In this document: one piece after another, positions 16,064 through 25,493 of the stretch | Layout of the letters: each line of letters begins with the position of its first letter | Position numbering within the stretch: the stretch's first letter is position 1 | Source of the DNA: a virus | IMG/VR virus record: IMGVR_UViG_3300050132_000112 | Span: 1 to 64,000 of that record | Strand: one strand, 5' to 3' | Length of the DNA: 64,000 nt | Translations under genes and position numbers: made by a program | The notes under the pieces: model-generated | The model's database searches: none | What the model saw: only the letters and a program-made list of their open reading frames with translations | Told to the model about the DNA's origin: nothing

Positions 16064-18579
16064 TTTTTGAGAACGACAAGCAATATAGTGCCGATACACT
16101 TTCAGGTAGAACACGAAGCGTTTTAACACCTTACACTGGATTAGGCAAACTACCTCCGCAAGCAACTGATTTGGAAGAGGCGGTATTGGGCGGCATCCTA
16201 ATAGACAAAAACGCTTTTATGACCGTGATTGAGGTTTTAAAAGTCGAATGTTTCTATCGTGATAACCATCAAAAGATTTTTAATGCCGCTAAGTTATTAT
16301 TTGAAAAAGGTGACCCGATTGATATTCTAACCGTAACATCACAATTAAGAAAATTGGGGGAGTTAGAAATGATAGGCGGTGCTTATTACATTACCGAACT
16401 AACCAACAGAATAGCTTCAACCTCAAACATTAAAACGCACTCGCTTATTATTTACGAAAAGTTTTTGCAGCGGGAGATGATAAGGATAAGCACCGAAACG
16501 ATTAATTCGGCTTACGAAGATACTACCGATGTATTTGAAATGGTAGAAAAAAACCAAAAGGAAACCTATTCGCTTATGGCTAATCAGAACGGTAGGGATG
16601 TCAAAAATATTGGTGACTTAGGCAGACAACGTTTGAAAGATTATCAAGCAACTACATTAAGTGGTTTAACGGGATTGGGAAGCGGATTTACTTCGATTGA
16701 TGAAATAACAGGGGGTTGGCAGAAAAAAGATTTGATAATAGTTGCTGCAAGACCCGCCATGGGTAAGGCGCAACCATTAAACTCTAAGGTATTAACACCT
16801 ACTGGATTTAAGAAAATTGGCGAACTAAAAATTGGCGATGTTATATGTAATTCAGGCGGTGGTATTCAAAAAGTTAACGGTGTATTTCCGCAGGGTAAAA
16901 AACAAACATATACTGTAATGTTTAATGACGATACTGAAACAAGATGTTGTGACGAACACCTTTGGCTAACACATAGCCGCAGCGAAAGAAAAAATAAAAT
17001 GGACCCGTCTGTTAAGTCTTTAAACGAAATAAGAAACACATTAAAAACAGGTAAGGATAATAGAAAAAATCATTCTGTTGATTTTGTTGAACCCGTATTC
17101 TTTTCAGCCAAAAAACTATTAATTGACCCATATTTAATGGGGGTATTACTTGGTGATGGATGTTTATCCCATTTAAGCATAACTAACCCGGAGTTTGATA
17201 TAATAGAGAGAATATCTAAAGCGTTGCCCGAGGGTTGTGTTATTAAAAGAAAAAAATCAAATATCAGGTGCCCGGAATATAGAATAAATGGCGTTACTGT
17301 TGGGAAAAACCCACTGATTGGATTATTAAAGCATTATGGACTGGACAGTAAACTATCCGCAGATAAAATAATACCGCCCGAGTACCTAAGAAATTCTTTT
17401 GCTAACAGGCTGGAATTATTGAGAGGATTATTAGATACCGATGGGTATGTTGTTGATAGACATTGTATCGAGTTTTCTACTACTTCAAAATGGATTAAAA
17501 TTGGAATAATTGATTTGGTTCGGTCGTTGGGAGGAAGGGCAACCTTTAAAGAAAAACAAGGTAAATACACAAAAAATGGCATTGAGGTTATTTGCCAAAA
17601 ATTTTACAGGATAAATATTTCATTTACCACCAACGGGTTTACTCCGGTAACATCTAAAAAGCACCAAGAAAGGTATGGATTTTCAAAAAATAAACTTCAA
17701 AAGTTTATATCAAGTGTTGTTCCTGATAAAATAGAGGATTGTGTTTGTATAAGCGTATCACACCACGACCAACTTTATATAACCGACGATTACATTTTAA
17801 CCCACAATACTGCATTAGCGTTACAGATAGCCAAAAACGCCTCTATAAAGCACGAAACGCCCGTAGCCATATTCTCACTTGAGATGAGTGAAAACCAGTT
17901 AACAGACAGGCTTATTTCAAGCGAAACGGGTATATTTCAGGATAAGTTGTTGAAAAGGCAACTATCAAAGTTTGATTTTGAGGAATTGGAAAGCAAAACG
18001 ATAAATCTTTTTAAATCTAAAATATTCATTGATGATACTGCATCATTGTCGATAACGTCTTTGAGAAGTAAGGCAGTTAGGCTTAAACAACTTTATGGAA
18101 TTGGATTAATAGTAATTGACTATTTGCAGTTGATGGAGGGTGCTAAAGATAAAAACACCAACAGGGAGCAGGAAATAAGTAAAATAAGCCGAGGGTTAAA
18201 AGGATTGGCTAAAGATTTGGATATTCCTGTTATTGCCTTATCGCAGTTGAGTAGAGAGGTTGAAAAACGTGCAGGAAACGCTAAGCGACCAATGTTATCT
18301 GATTTACGTGAAAGCGGTTCGATTGAACAAGATGCTGATAGTGTTTTATTCCTTTACAGACCCGAATATTATGGCATTGATTATACCGAAAATAATGAAA
18401 GCACAATGGGCTTATGTGAGGTTATATTCGCTAAGAACAGAAGCGGGATTTGTGATACCGCAAATCTAATTTTTAACGGGGCGTTAATGAAGTTTTCTGA
18501 TAGGCAAAATATACCTTTTCAAGCCCCGCAACAACCATCTAATTTTATTATACGACCTAATTATATGAACGAGGATTAA
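16060..18579 (+). CDS. dnaB: replicative helicase DnaB with intein
   Basis: LPPQ..EEAVLG, AARPAMGK|T, FSLEMS, IDYLQL, LSQLSR, DLRESGSIEQDAD. Confidence 0.97.
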   Translation: MIFENDKQYSADTLSGRTRSVLTPYTGLGKLPPQATDLEEAVLGGILIDKNAFMTVIEVLKVECFYRDNHQKIFNAAKLLFEKGDPIDILTVTSQLRKLGELEMIGGAYYITELTNRIASTSNIKTHSLIIYEKFLQREMIRISTETINSAYEDTTDVFEMVEKNQKETYSLMANQNGRDVKNIGDLGRQRLKDYQATTLSGLTGLGSGFTSIDEITGGWQKKDLIIVAARPAMGKAQPLNSKVLTPTGFKKIGELKIGDVICNSGGGIQKVNGVFPQGKKQTYTVMFNDDTETRCCDEHLWLTHSRSERKNKMDPSVKSLNEIRNTLKTGKDNRKNHSVDFVEPVFFSAKKLLIDPYLMGVLLGDGCLSHLSITNPEFDIIERISKALPEGCVIKRKKSNIRCPEYRINGVTVGKNPLIGLLKHYGLDSKLSADKIIPPEYLRNSFANRLELLRGLLDTDGYVVDRHCIEFSTTSKWIKIGIIDLVRSLGGRATFKEKQGKYTKNGIEVICQKFYRINISFTTNGFTPVTSKKHQERYGFSKNKLQKFISSVVPDKIEDCVCISVSHHDQLYITDDYILTHNTALALQIAKNASIKHETPVAIFSLEMSENQLTDRLISSETGIFQDKLLKRQLSKFDFEELESKTINLFKSKIFIDDTASLSITSLRSKAVRLKQLYGIGLIVIDYLQLMEGAKDKNTNREQEISKISRGLKGLAKDLDIPVIALSQLSREVEKRAGNAKRPMLSDLRESGSIEQDADSVLFLYRPEYYGIDYTENNESTMGLCEVIFAKNRSGICDTANLIFNGALMKFSDRQNIPFQAPQQPSNFIIRPNYMNED
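16768..17808 (+). mobile_element. 347-aa class 3 intein with LAGLIDADG endonuclease in the DnaB Walker A motif
   Basis: GK|AQPL..CCDEHLW..GVLLGDG..LLRGLLDTDG..CVCISV..ILTHN|T. Confidence 0.9.
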
Positions 18580-18580
18580 T

Positions 18581-18874
18581 ATGTACACATACCTAATGTC
18601 AGACCACACTAAAAAAAATATTCATGCGGGATATTGTGAAAGCGTTTCAAAAATGGTTGAATGGTATAAGCAATGGAGCGAAATGAGTTTATTTTTAACC
18701 GATGATAAATACCTAAACCGATTGGTTTATTTAGAAGAAAATTCAACAGAGGGACAGGCGATTGACAGGTTCACATATTTTACATTTATACCGATTAGTG
18801 AACGAATTAAAATTATTGAGGGGTGCAACCCAACTTTTATGGATTTAACAACAGCATCCAATTTTGACTTTTAA
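18581..18874 (+). CDS. degenerate short GIY-YIG (UPF0213-like) protein
   Basis: YTYLM..IHAGY..RLVYLEE..NPTFMDL. Confidence 0.55.
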   Translation: MYTYLMSDHTKKNIHAGYCESVSKMVEWYKQWSEMSLFLTDDKYLNRLVYLEENSTEGQAIDRFTYFTFIPISERIKIIEGCNPTFMDLTTASNFDF

Positions 18875-18934
18875 CCCCCTTAAACAACAAATAGATAATT
18901 AATAGAAAACAAACAAAATGTATTATATTTGCAT

Positions 18935-20107
18935 ATGCTAAGGGCTTATAAATATCGCATAATGCCAACACCTGACCAATCTATACTTATCAATAAGCAT
19001 ATTGGTAGTTGTCGGTTTGTTTACAACTTGGCATTAGAGGTGAAGAACAATGCTTATGCTACCCATAGGAAAAACATTACTTGTTTTGATTTGATGAAGC
19101 AATTGCCCGATCTAAAAAAAGAATGTGAATGGTTAAAAGAAGTAGATAGTCAATCTCTACAACAATCGATAATAAATCTTGATAAGGCATTTACACAATT
19201 TTTTAAGGGATATTCAAGATTTCCTAAGTTCAAAAACAAACATTCTGCTCAATCTTTTCGAAATCCACATGGTGAATTTGTAGAAATAAAAGAAGGAAAA
19301 CTATATCAACCAAAATTTAGAAGTGGAATTAAAATAATAATAGATAGAGAATTTACAGGGGAAATTAAATCAACTACAATTAGTAGAACACCAACTGGCA
19401 AATATTTTGTATCCATTTTGGTAGACACCTCTAACAACATACCTGATAAAAAAACAATAGTCGAAAAAACATCAATTGGCATAGATTTAGGTATCAAATC
19501 GCTAATTGTCACCAGCGATGGAGTGAAAATAGATAACCCAAAACATCTTAAAAAGCAATTATCTCATTTAAAATACCTACAACGCCAATATTCAAAAAAG
19601 AAAAGTGGTAGCAATAATAAAACCAAATCCCGATTGAAATTAGCATTATGCCATGAAAAAATAGCCAATCAACGAAAAGACTTTTTGCATAAACTTTCAA
19701 GTGAACTTATCAAGAACCACGATACGCTTTGCTTTGAAACTCTGCAAATTGATAATATGATGAAAAATCATAAATTGGCACAAGCTATTCAAAGTGCAGG
19801 CTGGGGTATGTTTGTAGAAATGTGTAAATATAAAGCCGAATGGAACGGGAAAAATATTTTACAGATTCCAACATTTCAGCCGTCAACCAAGATTTGTTCC
19901 AATTGCGGAGCCACAAATCATACACTTACTTTGGCAGATAGAGAATGGATTTGCGCTAACTGTTTGACTTTGCATGATAGGGATGTAAACGCAGCTATCA
20001 ACATAAAAAATTATTCATTAAGAGATTGCGGTGGGGTACGCCGTGAAAAGCCTGCGGAACTGCCGACGTTAGTTGGAGTAATGAAACAGGAAAATATTAC
20101 AGTGTAA
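18935..20107 (+). CDS. tnpB: TnpB RNA-guided endonuclease
   Basis: AYKYRIMPT HTH; GIDLG, FETL and DRDVNAAINI RuvC residues intact; CxxC..CxxC finger. Confidence 0.95.
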   Translation: MLRAYKYRIMPTPDQSILINKHIGSCRFVYNLALEVKNNAYATHRKNITCFDLMKQLPDLKKECEWLKEVDSQSLQQSIINLDKAFTQFFKGYSRFPKFKNKHSAQSFRNPHGEFVEIKEGKLYQPKFRSGIKIIIDREFTGEIKSTTISRTPTGKYFVSILVDTSNNIPDKKTIVEKTSIGIDLGIKSLIVTSDGVKIDNPKHLKKQLSHLKYLQRQYSKKKSGSNNKTKSRLKLALCHEKIANQRKDFLHKLSSELIKNHDTLCFETLQIDNMMKNHKLAQAIQSAGWGMFVEMCKYKAEWNGKNILQIPTFQPSTKICSNCGATNHTLTLADREWICANCLTLHDRDVNAAINIKNYSLRDCGGVRREKPAELPTLVGVMKQENITV

Positions 20108-20140
20108 ACTTATATATTATTACCATAGATAACATGACTA
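20021..20140 (+). ncRNA. putative TnpB omega-RNA (scaffold plus guide)
   Basis: Nested stems GCGGTG..CGCCGT, CCTG/CAGG, CCGAC-GTTA-GTTGG overlapping the tnpB 3' end; GTAATGA/TTATTAC possible pseudoknot. Confidence 0.55.
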
Positions 20141-20156
20141 ATTCTATTTTACCTCT

Positions 20157-20306
20157 ATGCTTGAAAACTTCCTAAAAACCAACAGAGCCTACTATGACTA
20201 CGCCATAAGCAAGGGACTAACCGCTTTGGCTGCGGCGATTAAACAGTCGATAGAAAAAACGATTGCCAATAAACAAGTTAAACCGAAACAATTAAAATTA
20301 TTTTAA
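20157..20306 (+). CDS. 49-aa protein ending in QLKLF
   Basis: Hand-translated MLENFLKTNRAYYDYAISKG..KPKQLKLF. Confidence 0.55.
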   Translation: MLENFLKTNRAYYDYAISKGLTALAAAIKQSIEKTIANKQVKPKQLKLF

Positions 20307-20307
20307 G

Positions 20308-20919
20308 ATGAAAAAACCGACAAAACAAAACTGCATTGATTTTTTAAATAAAATAGCAGACATTAAAAAATGGGACCCACAGTATGAGGGTGGTGAACCA
20401 ATTGACACTTATTATTCAAAAACCGACGGAAGTTATATTTGCTTTGTAAATAATGCAGAGGATGTCGCATGGATGATTAAAAAGGGAATTACAGACGAAA
20501 TACAATCAATAAATGATGGTAAGGTTGCCTGTATAGGTTTTAACCCCTTAGAACAAAAATGGTATGGATGGTCACATAGGGCAGTTTATGGGTTTGGTAT
20601 AGGTTCTGAATGTAAAAAAGGGGATTGTGGATATGTGCCAACTGATTTAAATGATTTTCTTGAGAGAAGTATTAATTTTTGGAGTGACGATGCACACACA
20701 AATGTTTCTGCTATTCCCGCCGTAAATGACAAAGGTATTCATGGTGCACAGGTTACTTGGGAATATGTACCTGAATTTGTTCCAAATAAAAACCTACACG
20801 GAACTATTGGAGAAACATTTGTTTATCCACCTCAAAAATATGGTAAGGGTGAATGGGTTGCAACGAGCATGGAAGATGCTAAACAAATGGCTATTGATTT
20901 TGCAGAAGGAGTATCATAA
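20308..20919 (+). CDS. conserved phage hypothetical protein
   Basis: KWYGWSHRAVYGFGIG..AKQMAIDFAEGVS. Confidence 0.7.
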   Translation: MKKPTKQNCIDFLNKIADIKKWDPQYEGGEPIDTYYSKTDGSYICFVNNAEDVAWMIKKGITDEIQSINDGKVACIGFNPLEQKWYGWSHRAVYGFGIGSECKKGDCGYVPTDLNDFLERSINFWSDDAHTNVSAIPAVNDKGIHGAQVTWEYVPEFVPNKNLHGTIGETFVYPPQKYGKGEWVATSMEDAKQMAIDFAEGVS

Positions 20920-21726
20920 TGAAAAAACCGATTGATTTTTACGGAACGCCAAATATAGAAAGTCTAACAAGGCATAAGATATTCCTTGACATACAGCCAA
21001 TAGATGATTGGGATAACTGGTATTGTAAAATATATTTTCAAGATGCAATGTCACCATTTTTTGAAGTGTATAAAAAAGGGGTAAAAAAGCACTTTAAAAG
21101 TTATAGGGAGGCATTTAATGATGCAATTGATTGGCTGAGCATTAATGAATATATAAATATTATCGAATTACCATTTTGACCATGATTAAGCAAAATCTCA
21201 CCACCCAAAGAACAGAGGAAGTAGACCAAAGCCTATTTAAGTTGGCCATCCTGTCCGAACTATTTCTATTTGAACACAAAATGGTACTCATGGACACGGC
21301 GTTTAAAACTCCTGTCGCTAACAACTTCGCTAAGCGTATAGGAATGGATGCCAAAGAATTAAAAAGCCGCCTTGGGTCTGTAATAGTCGTTAAGCAGGAT
21401 GAATATGCAGAGGAATTTATCGGTGTGTTGTGGAACATACTTGACACCTTGTGTAAACTTGACTTAGAACCATTACAGGAATTTTCAGAATACGTATCAC
21501 AAGAATTAGAAAAAGTTGGAGTATGATTAAAGAAGTAACATTATCAGAAAAACAGGAGATAGATAAAAAGATGTTTGAATCCTTAAATCCAAAATATTTG
21601 AAAATCTATCAACCCGACTTACACCTAATCGCTTTACAAGCCGCTTCAAGCATAAAATCAGAGGATGTAAACGAGTTATTGAGTAATGCTGACAAGATAG
21701 AACGATGGCTAAATAAAACCGTGTAA
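20919..21726 (+). other. three small hypothetical genes (20919-21179, 21176-21526, 21523-21726)
   Basis: Overlapping start/stop codons. Confidence 0.55.
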
Positions 21727-21786
21727 AAATATTTTTGTTAATTTCAATTTTAGTTCATTAATTTTACATCAACAAATCAACAAGTT

Positions 21787-21948
21787 ATGGCGAAACAGAT
21801 AAAACACAAAGGATTTAAGGCGGTTCAAAAATCTATTGAAAAAGAAGGTTATGGGAAAAAGGCAGCAGGAGCGATTTTAGCAGCAAGTTCACGTAACGCC
21901 TCAGCTAAAGCAAAAAAGGCTAATCCACGATTAAAAAGGGTAAAATGA
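21787..21948 (+). CDS. 53-aa basic protein (possible DNA-binding/virion protein)
   Basis: Hand-translated MAKQIKHKGFKAVQKSIEKEGYGKKAAGAILAASSRNASAKAKKANPRLKRVK; ATGA-coupled. Confidence 0.7.
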   Translation: MAKQIKHKGFKAVQKSIEKEGYGKKAAGAILAASSRNASAKAKKANPRLKRVK

Positions 21949-22352
21949 CCATTGCGAGCAACATAGAAAACATGATGCAGCACCCTTACTTCAAAGATGC
22001 GGTGCAGCGATTTGCAGACGGCGACCCAAAGGACTTAAAGATATTCCTTACCGACCTTAACACCTACCTATACCAAACTACTTGCCACAACAATGCGTTA
22101 GAGTACCGTAAAAACAAAAACTATTCCCCTACGGAAATATACACCAACATTAAAAACATGGAACCCCCGACCAATCTCGACTTTAGGTTACCAATTTACA
22201 AAGTAGGCACAATGCCTGAAATGGAAGTATGTAAAGTGGTAAGTTTTGTAGATAAGGTAATGGCGGTAAAAAAGAAAGTTGCCTCGTATTTTAACCCGAC
22301 GCAACTTTCAATTGTTTTCCCCGATTACTCCATCATGGAGGTAGAGGCTTAA
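21945..22352 (+). CDS. hypothetical protein
   Basis: ORF track. Confidence 0.6.
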   Translation: MTIASNIENMMQHPYFKDAVQRFADGDPKDLKIFLTDLNTYLYQTTCHNNALEYRKNKNYSPTEIYTNIKNMEPPTNLDFRLPIYKVGTMPEMEVCKVVSFVDKVMAVKKKVASYFNPTQLSIVFPDYSIMEVEA

Positions 22353-22585
22353 AGCCCTGCTAACGTAGCCATCGTATCCGTAACCAAATAATCTACCGTC
22401 TCATGGGCATTATTTTGTGCCCTGCTAATACCAATAACAGAGTGAACAGTTGGATAAAGAGCGATTTGCTTTGCAGTAGCAGGCTTAATACGTGTAATAG
22501 CGTACGGGCTAAAAAGATACTGAGTTGCAGTTGTAAGTACTCCATCTGGGGTTACCACAACTGTACATGTGATTGTTGATGCCAT
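22349..22585 (-). CDS. lone antisense gene, T/A/V-rich, possibly structural
   Basis: Own promoter TATTTTTG (22624-22617) and A-rich leader. Confidence 0.65.
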   Translation of the reverse strand: MASTITCTVVVTPDGVLTTATQYLFSPYAITRIKPATAKQIALYPTVHSVIGISRAQNNAHETVDYLVTDTMATLAGL

Positions 22586-22639
22586 AAATTTATGTTTTTA
22601 AGTTAATTAACTGCTTCAAAAATAGTACAAAAATTCTAT

Positions 22640-22780
22640 TACTTTTGAAGAGCGAAATACAAGATGATAACCGATAAAAAAATTAAAAAAACTCCCCCGC
22701 CCAACGTTATCCCAATCAGTCTATTAGTGTTTCGCAATTACTTTTACTTGTTGAGGGCGGGGGCTTTGTTAGTATGGTAA
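22640..22780 (+). promoter_or_regulatory. promoter plus structured leader with 38-codon uORF (22664-22780)
   Basis: TACTTTTG; GCGAAATAC/GTGTTTCGC and CCCCCGCCC/GGGCGGGGG interleaved; uORF overlaps next ATG. Confidence 0.6.
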
Positions 22781-23184
22781 AATTTATAAAATGCAGTTTA
22801 ACTAATGATTTTGTTATAACAAATAAAAAAATTAGGACGTATGATTTTCTATTTTCAGTTTACAATAAAGAGCAAGCTGATTTAGGAATTGATAATGTTT
22901 TAATCGAAGTAATAAATGAATTATGTAATGAGGGCTATAAGGTGGCTTTGTTGGGTAAGTACAAAGAAAATAAACTCCCATTTTACCAACATGAAAATTT
23001 CTTTTATGAACTTGATTTGGGTATAACAGATATTGTTACTGTGCTAATTAAGTGTCAAAACATGTGCATCAGCCTTAATAATGACATTTCAAGAATTTGT
23101 TTTGCCTTTGGGTGTAATAACCTCATTTTAGACGGCAAAATAACTAAGAAAAGATTGTTGACCATCATTCGCAAACATTCATGA
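22774..23184 (+). CDS. hypothetical, resembles GT9 heptosyltransferase C-terminal domain
   Basis: GYKVALLG..ITDIVTVLIKCQNMCISLNNDISRICFAFG resembles GT9 pattern with degenerate D-S/T-G motif. Confidence 0.4.
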   Translation: MVKFIKCSLTNDFVITNKKIRTYDFLFSVYNKEQADLGIDNVLIEVINELCNEGYKVALLGKYKENKLPFYQHENFFYELDLGITDIVTVLIKCQNMCISLNNDISRICFAFGCNNLILDGKITKKRLLTIIRKHS

Positions 23185-23960
23185 CCGAATTTGTTTCAGA
23201 ACGTCCACAAATGCGCCCTACCGATAGAGATATGCGGGAGAATTACGTATGGACGAGGTATGACAAAAAAAGATACTTTTTAGAACGGGTTCATAAGGCA
23301 TTAATCACCACCCTAAACGCCAAGGTTAAACGATTAACGTTAGCCTCAAAGAAGTGGCGTAGTGCCTACATTCAACTGAAAAACACGGTTAAGATAAAAC
23401 ATGCCGCAGAGATACGGGAAAAGGACAGGCAGATAAAAATGCAGAAAGCCAGAGCAGAGAGTTTTAAAGCAACCAGTTGGAAGCGGCGTAACATGCTCAT
23501 GCTTTATCAGAACAATAGCCGTAAACGAACTAAAAAGTACAAACTTCTTGAAAAGAAGCAAAAATTCATGGAGCATAACAAACGCTTCTTCACTAAATGC
23601 TTCGATTGGAATGAATATACCCCAAGGACGGTACTGCATGGTGAAATATCAATACGGGCTATTATTGGCTATGAGCAACTTAGAGAGAACGGTTACATCA
23701 CTAAAATGGAAATGGTCATATTGGTAACAGGGACACACGTAGAGCATTTTAACCGAGGCGATTCGGAATATAGATTTGGTTCAGAGAATGTAGTGGGATG
23801 GGTGACCACCATGAGGCTAATGATAAAAGCGGGACACGTTAAGAAAATAGCCTATCACGACCTTTACTATCTTACTGAGCATGGTAAAACACGGTTGAAT
23901 AACATTATAGAGCAAATCAGAAAAGTACCATTAAGAAACTATTACCCACCCATTATATGA
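23181..23960 (+). CDS. basic coiled-coil protein with C-terminal wHTH
   Basis: LMIKAGHVKK..YYLTEHGK. Confidence 0.55.
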   Translation: MTEFVSERPQMRPTDRDMRENYVWTRYDKKRYFLERVHKALITTLNAKVKRLTLASKKWRSAYIQLKNTVKIKHAAEIREKDRQIKMQKARAESFKATSWKRRNMLMLYQNNSRKRTKKYKLLEKKQKFMEHNKRFFTKCFDWNEYTPRTVLHGEISIRAIIGYEQLRENGYITKMEMVILVTGTHVEHFNRGDSEYRFGSENVVGWVTTMRLMIKAGHVKKIAYHDLYYLTEHGKTRLNNIIEQIRKVPLRNYYPPII

Positions 23961-24796
23961 TACCACAAAAAGGAAAATATTTAGTTAAGGGATTTTTAGA
24001 TCATAAGGAAAAGTATCAACTTACTCCCGACATCGAATTGTACATTGACAAGTCATTTGACAGCAATTTAAGGACACGTAACAGCCAATTGGGAGTTATT
24101 GCAGAGATTGATGAGGATAATGTATTAAACCTATCTAAAGGCGATATAATCGTGGTACACCATTTTACCTTTCATGGTGACATTGCGGAGAATAGGGGCT
24201 TTGAGGTTCAGCAGCACGTGGTACATAATAACGAATTACTATTCCTTATCGACCCAAGTAGAATATTCGGAACATACAATGACGGCGTATTAAAACCATT
24301 GGGCGAATATGTATTTTGCGATAAGATTAAAAAAGAACAGGGTATCATCTACATGCCCGAACATTTGTTGGTTGAAAATAACAAAGCATTAGTTACACAT
24401 GGTAATGGCGATATTGAAAAAGGCGATATACTTATCATGCCCGACAGTTCGATGTATGAAATTGAATTGGACAAAGTGTTTTACCAAAGGGTATTTAAGG
24501 GCGATATTTTCGCTTACATCCGTAATGGCGAGTTTTACCCTTATAAAGACTATTTCTTAGCCCAAGACTTGCCACAAAAGGAACATGCTATATTTGATTT
24601 GTCAATGACCAAAAAGAAAACGGTGAGGTCGAGGATATTGAATGTTGGCGAAAAGAACAGGGATGTGCAGGTTGATGAAGTGGTGTTCAGGGGTGCGGAT
24701 AGTGGGCTTAAATATGAAGATAAAGTTTTGCTTAACTTTGACCACTACCACTTTGTGATAGACGACCCGAACGGAGAAATTAAAAACATAGCATAA
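23957..24796 (+). CDS. GroES/Cpn10-like protein with three tandem domains
   Basis: MIPQKGKYLVK..KGDIIV; LKPLGEYVF..GIIY..KGDILI; FYPYKDYFL..NVG..VDEVV. Confidence 0.65.
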   Translation: MIPQKGKYLVKGFLDHKEKYQLTPDIELYIDKSFDSNLRTRNSQLGVIAEIDEDNVLNLSKGDIIVVHHFTFHGDIAENRGFEVQQHVVHNNELLFLIDPSRIFGTYNDGVLKPLGEYVFCDKIKKEQGIIYMPEHLLVENNKALVTHGNGDIEKGDILIMPDSSMYEIELDKVFYQRVFKGDIFAYIRNGEFYPYKDYFLAQDLPQKEHAIFDLSMTKKKTVRSRILNVGEKNRDVQVDEVVFRGADSGLKYEDKVLLNFDHYHFVIDDPNGEIKNIA

Positions 24797-25155
24797 TGGC
24801 AAAATCAAACATTAAGGGCATTCAGGATGCCATCGCTTTAGGAAAAAGAAACGGTCCCGGACCCACAACCCTAAAAACAGTTGAGATTAAATCAACACCA
24901 ATAGTAAAGGCTGACCCTATTTATCATTTCGGTGATGCTACTGCAAGTCATTCAGATATTGTGAGTAAGTTCCCAAGTGAGCAACAACCTGACGTACATA
25001 AATTCCTTACTGACAACCGCATATTAAAAAGCCAAACAGAACAGGATGGTGATAAGGCACAAACCAATACTAATCATTACGTTTTGAATAGTGCGGTTTC
25101 TCACAACGATATGTACGATGCGGTAAAGTCTGCAGCCCAATCAGTAAAAAAATAA
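24796..25155 (+). CDS. hypothetical protein
   Basis: ORF track. Confidence 0.55.
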   Translation: MAKSNIKGIQDAIALGKRNGPGPTTLKTVEIKSTPIVKADPIYHFGDATASHSDIVSKFPSEQQPDVHKFLTDNRILKSQTEQDGDKAQTNTNHYVLNSAVSHNDMYDAVKSAAQSVKK

Positions 25156-25493
25156 TGAAAGCAAAAGAGGAAGAAAACAAATCATCTATCGGGAAACTGT
25201 TAAAATCGGTTACGATGTTGTTAGATGCCTATGCAGACAATATGGCTATGGTTGCTCAGGGTAAAGAACCTAATATTGTCATTGACGAAAAATATACCGC
25301 AACCGCTATGAAGTGGATAAACATGACTAAAGAATTGGGTGAGTTTGAAACACTATGTAGTGGCGAACGGAAAAAATCAATGGTAGGCACAGGCGAAGTA
25401 TCCGAGGTTGAAAATACATCTATGGCACAGGGAAATGCCTTTGAGTTGCGAAGTAAAAAAGTAGAGGCTAAGTTAAATGGCAAAAAAGTTTAA
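25155..25493 (+). CDS. putative terminase small subunit
   Basis: Size, helical content and overlap with large subunit gene. Confidence 0.5.
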   Translation: MKAKEEENKSSIGKLLKSVTMLLDAYADNMAMVAQGKEPNIVIDEKYTATAMKWINMTKELGEFETLCSGERKKSMVGTGEVSEVENTSMAQGNAFELRSKKVEAKLNGKKV

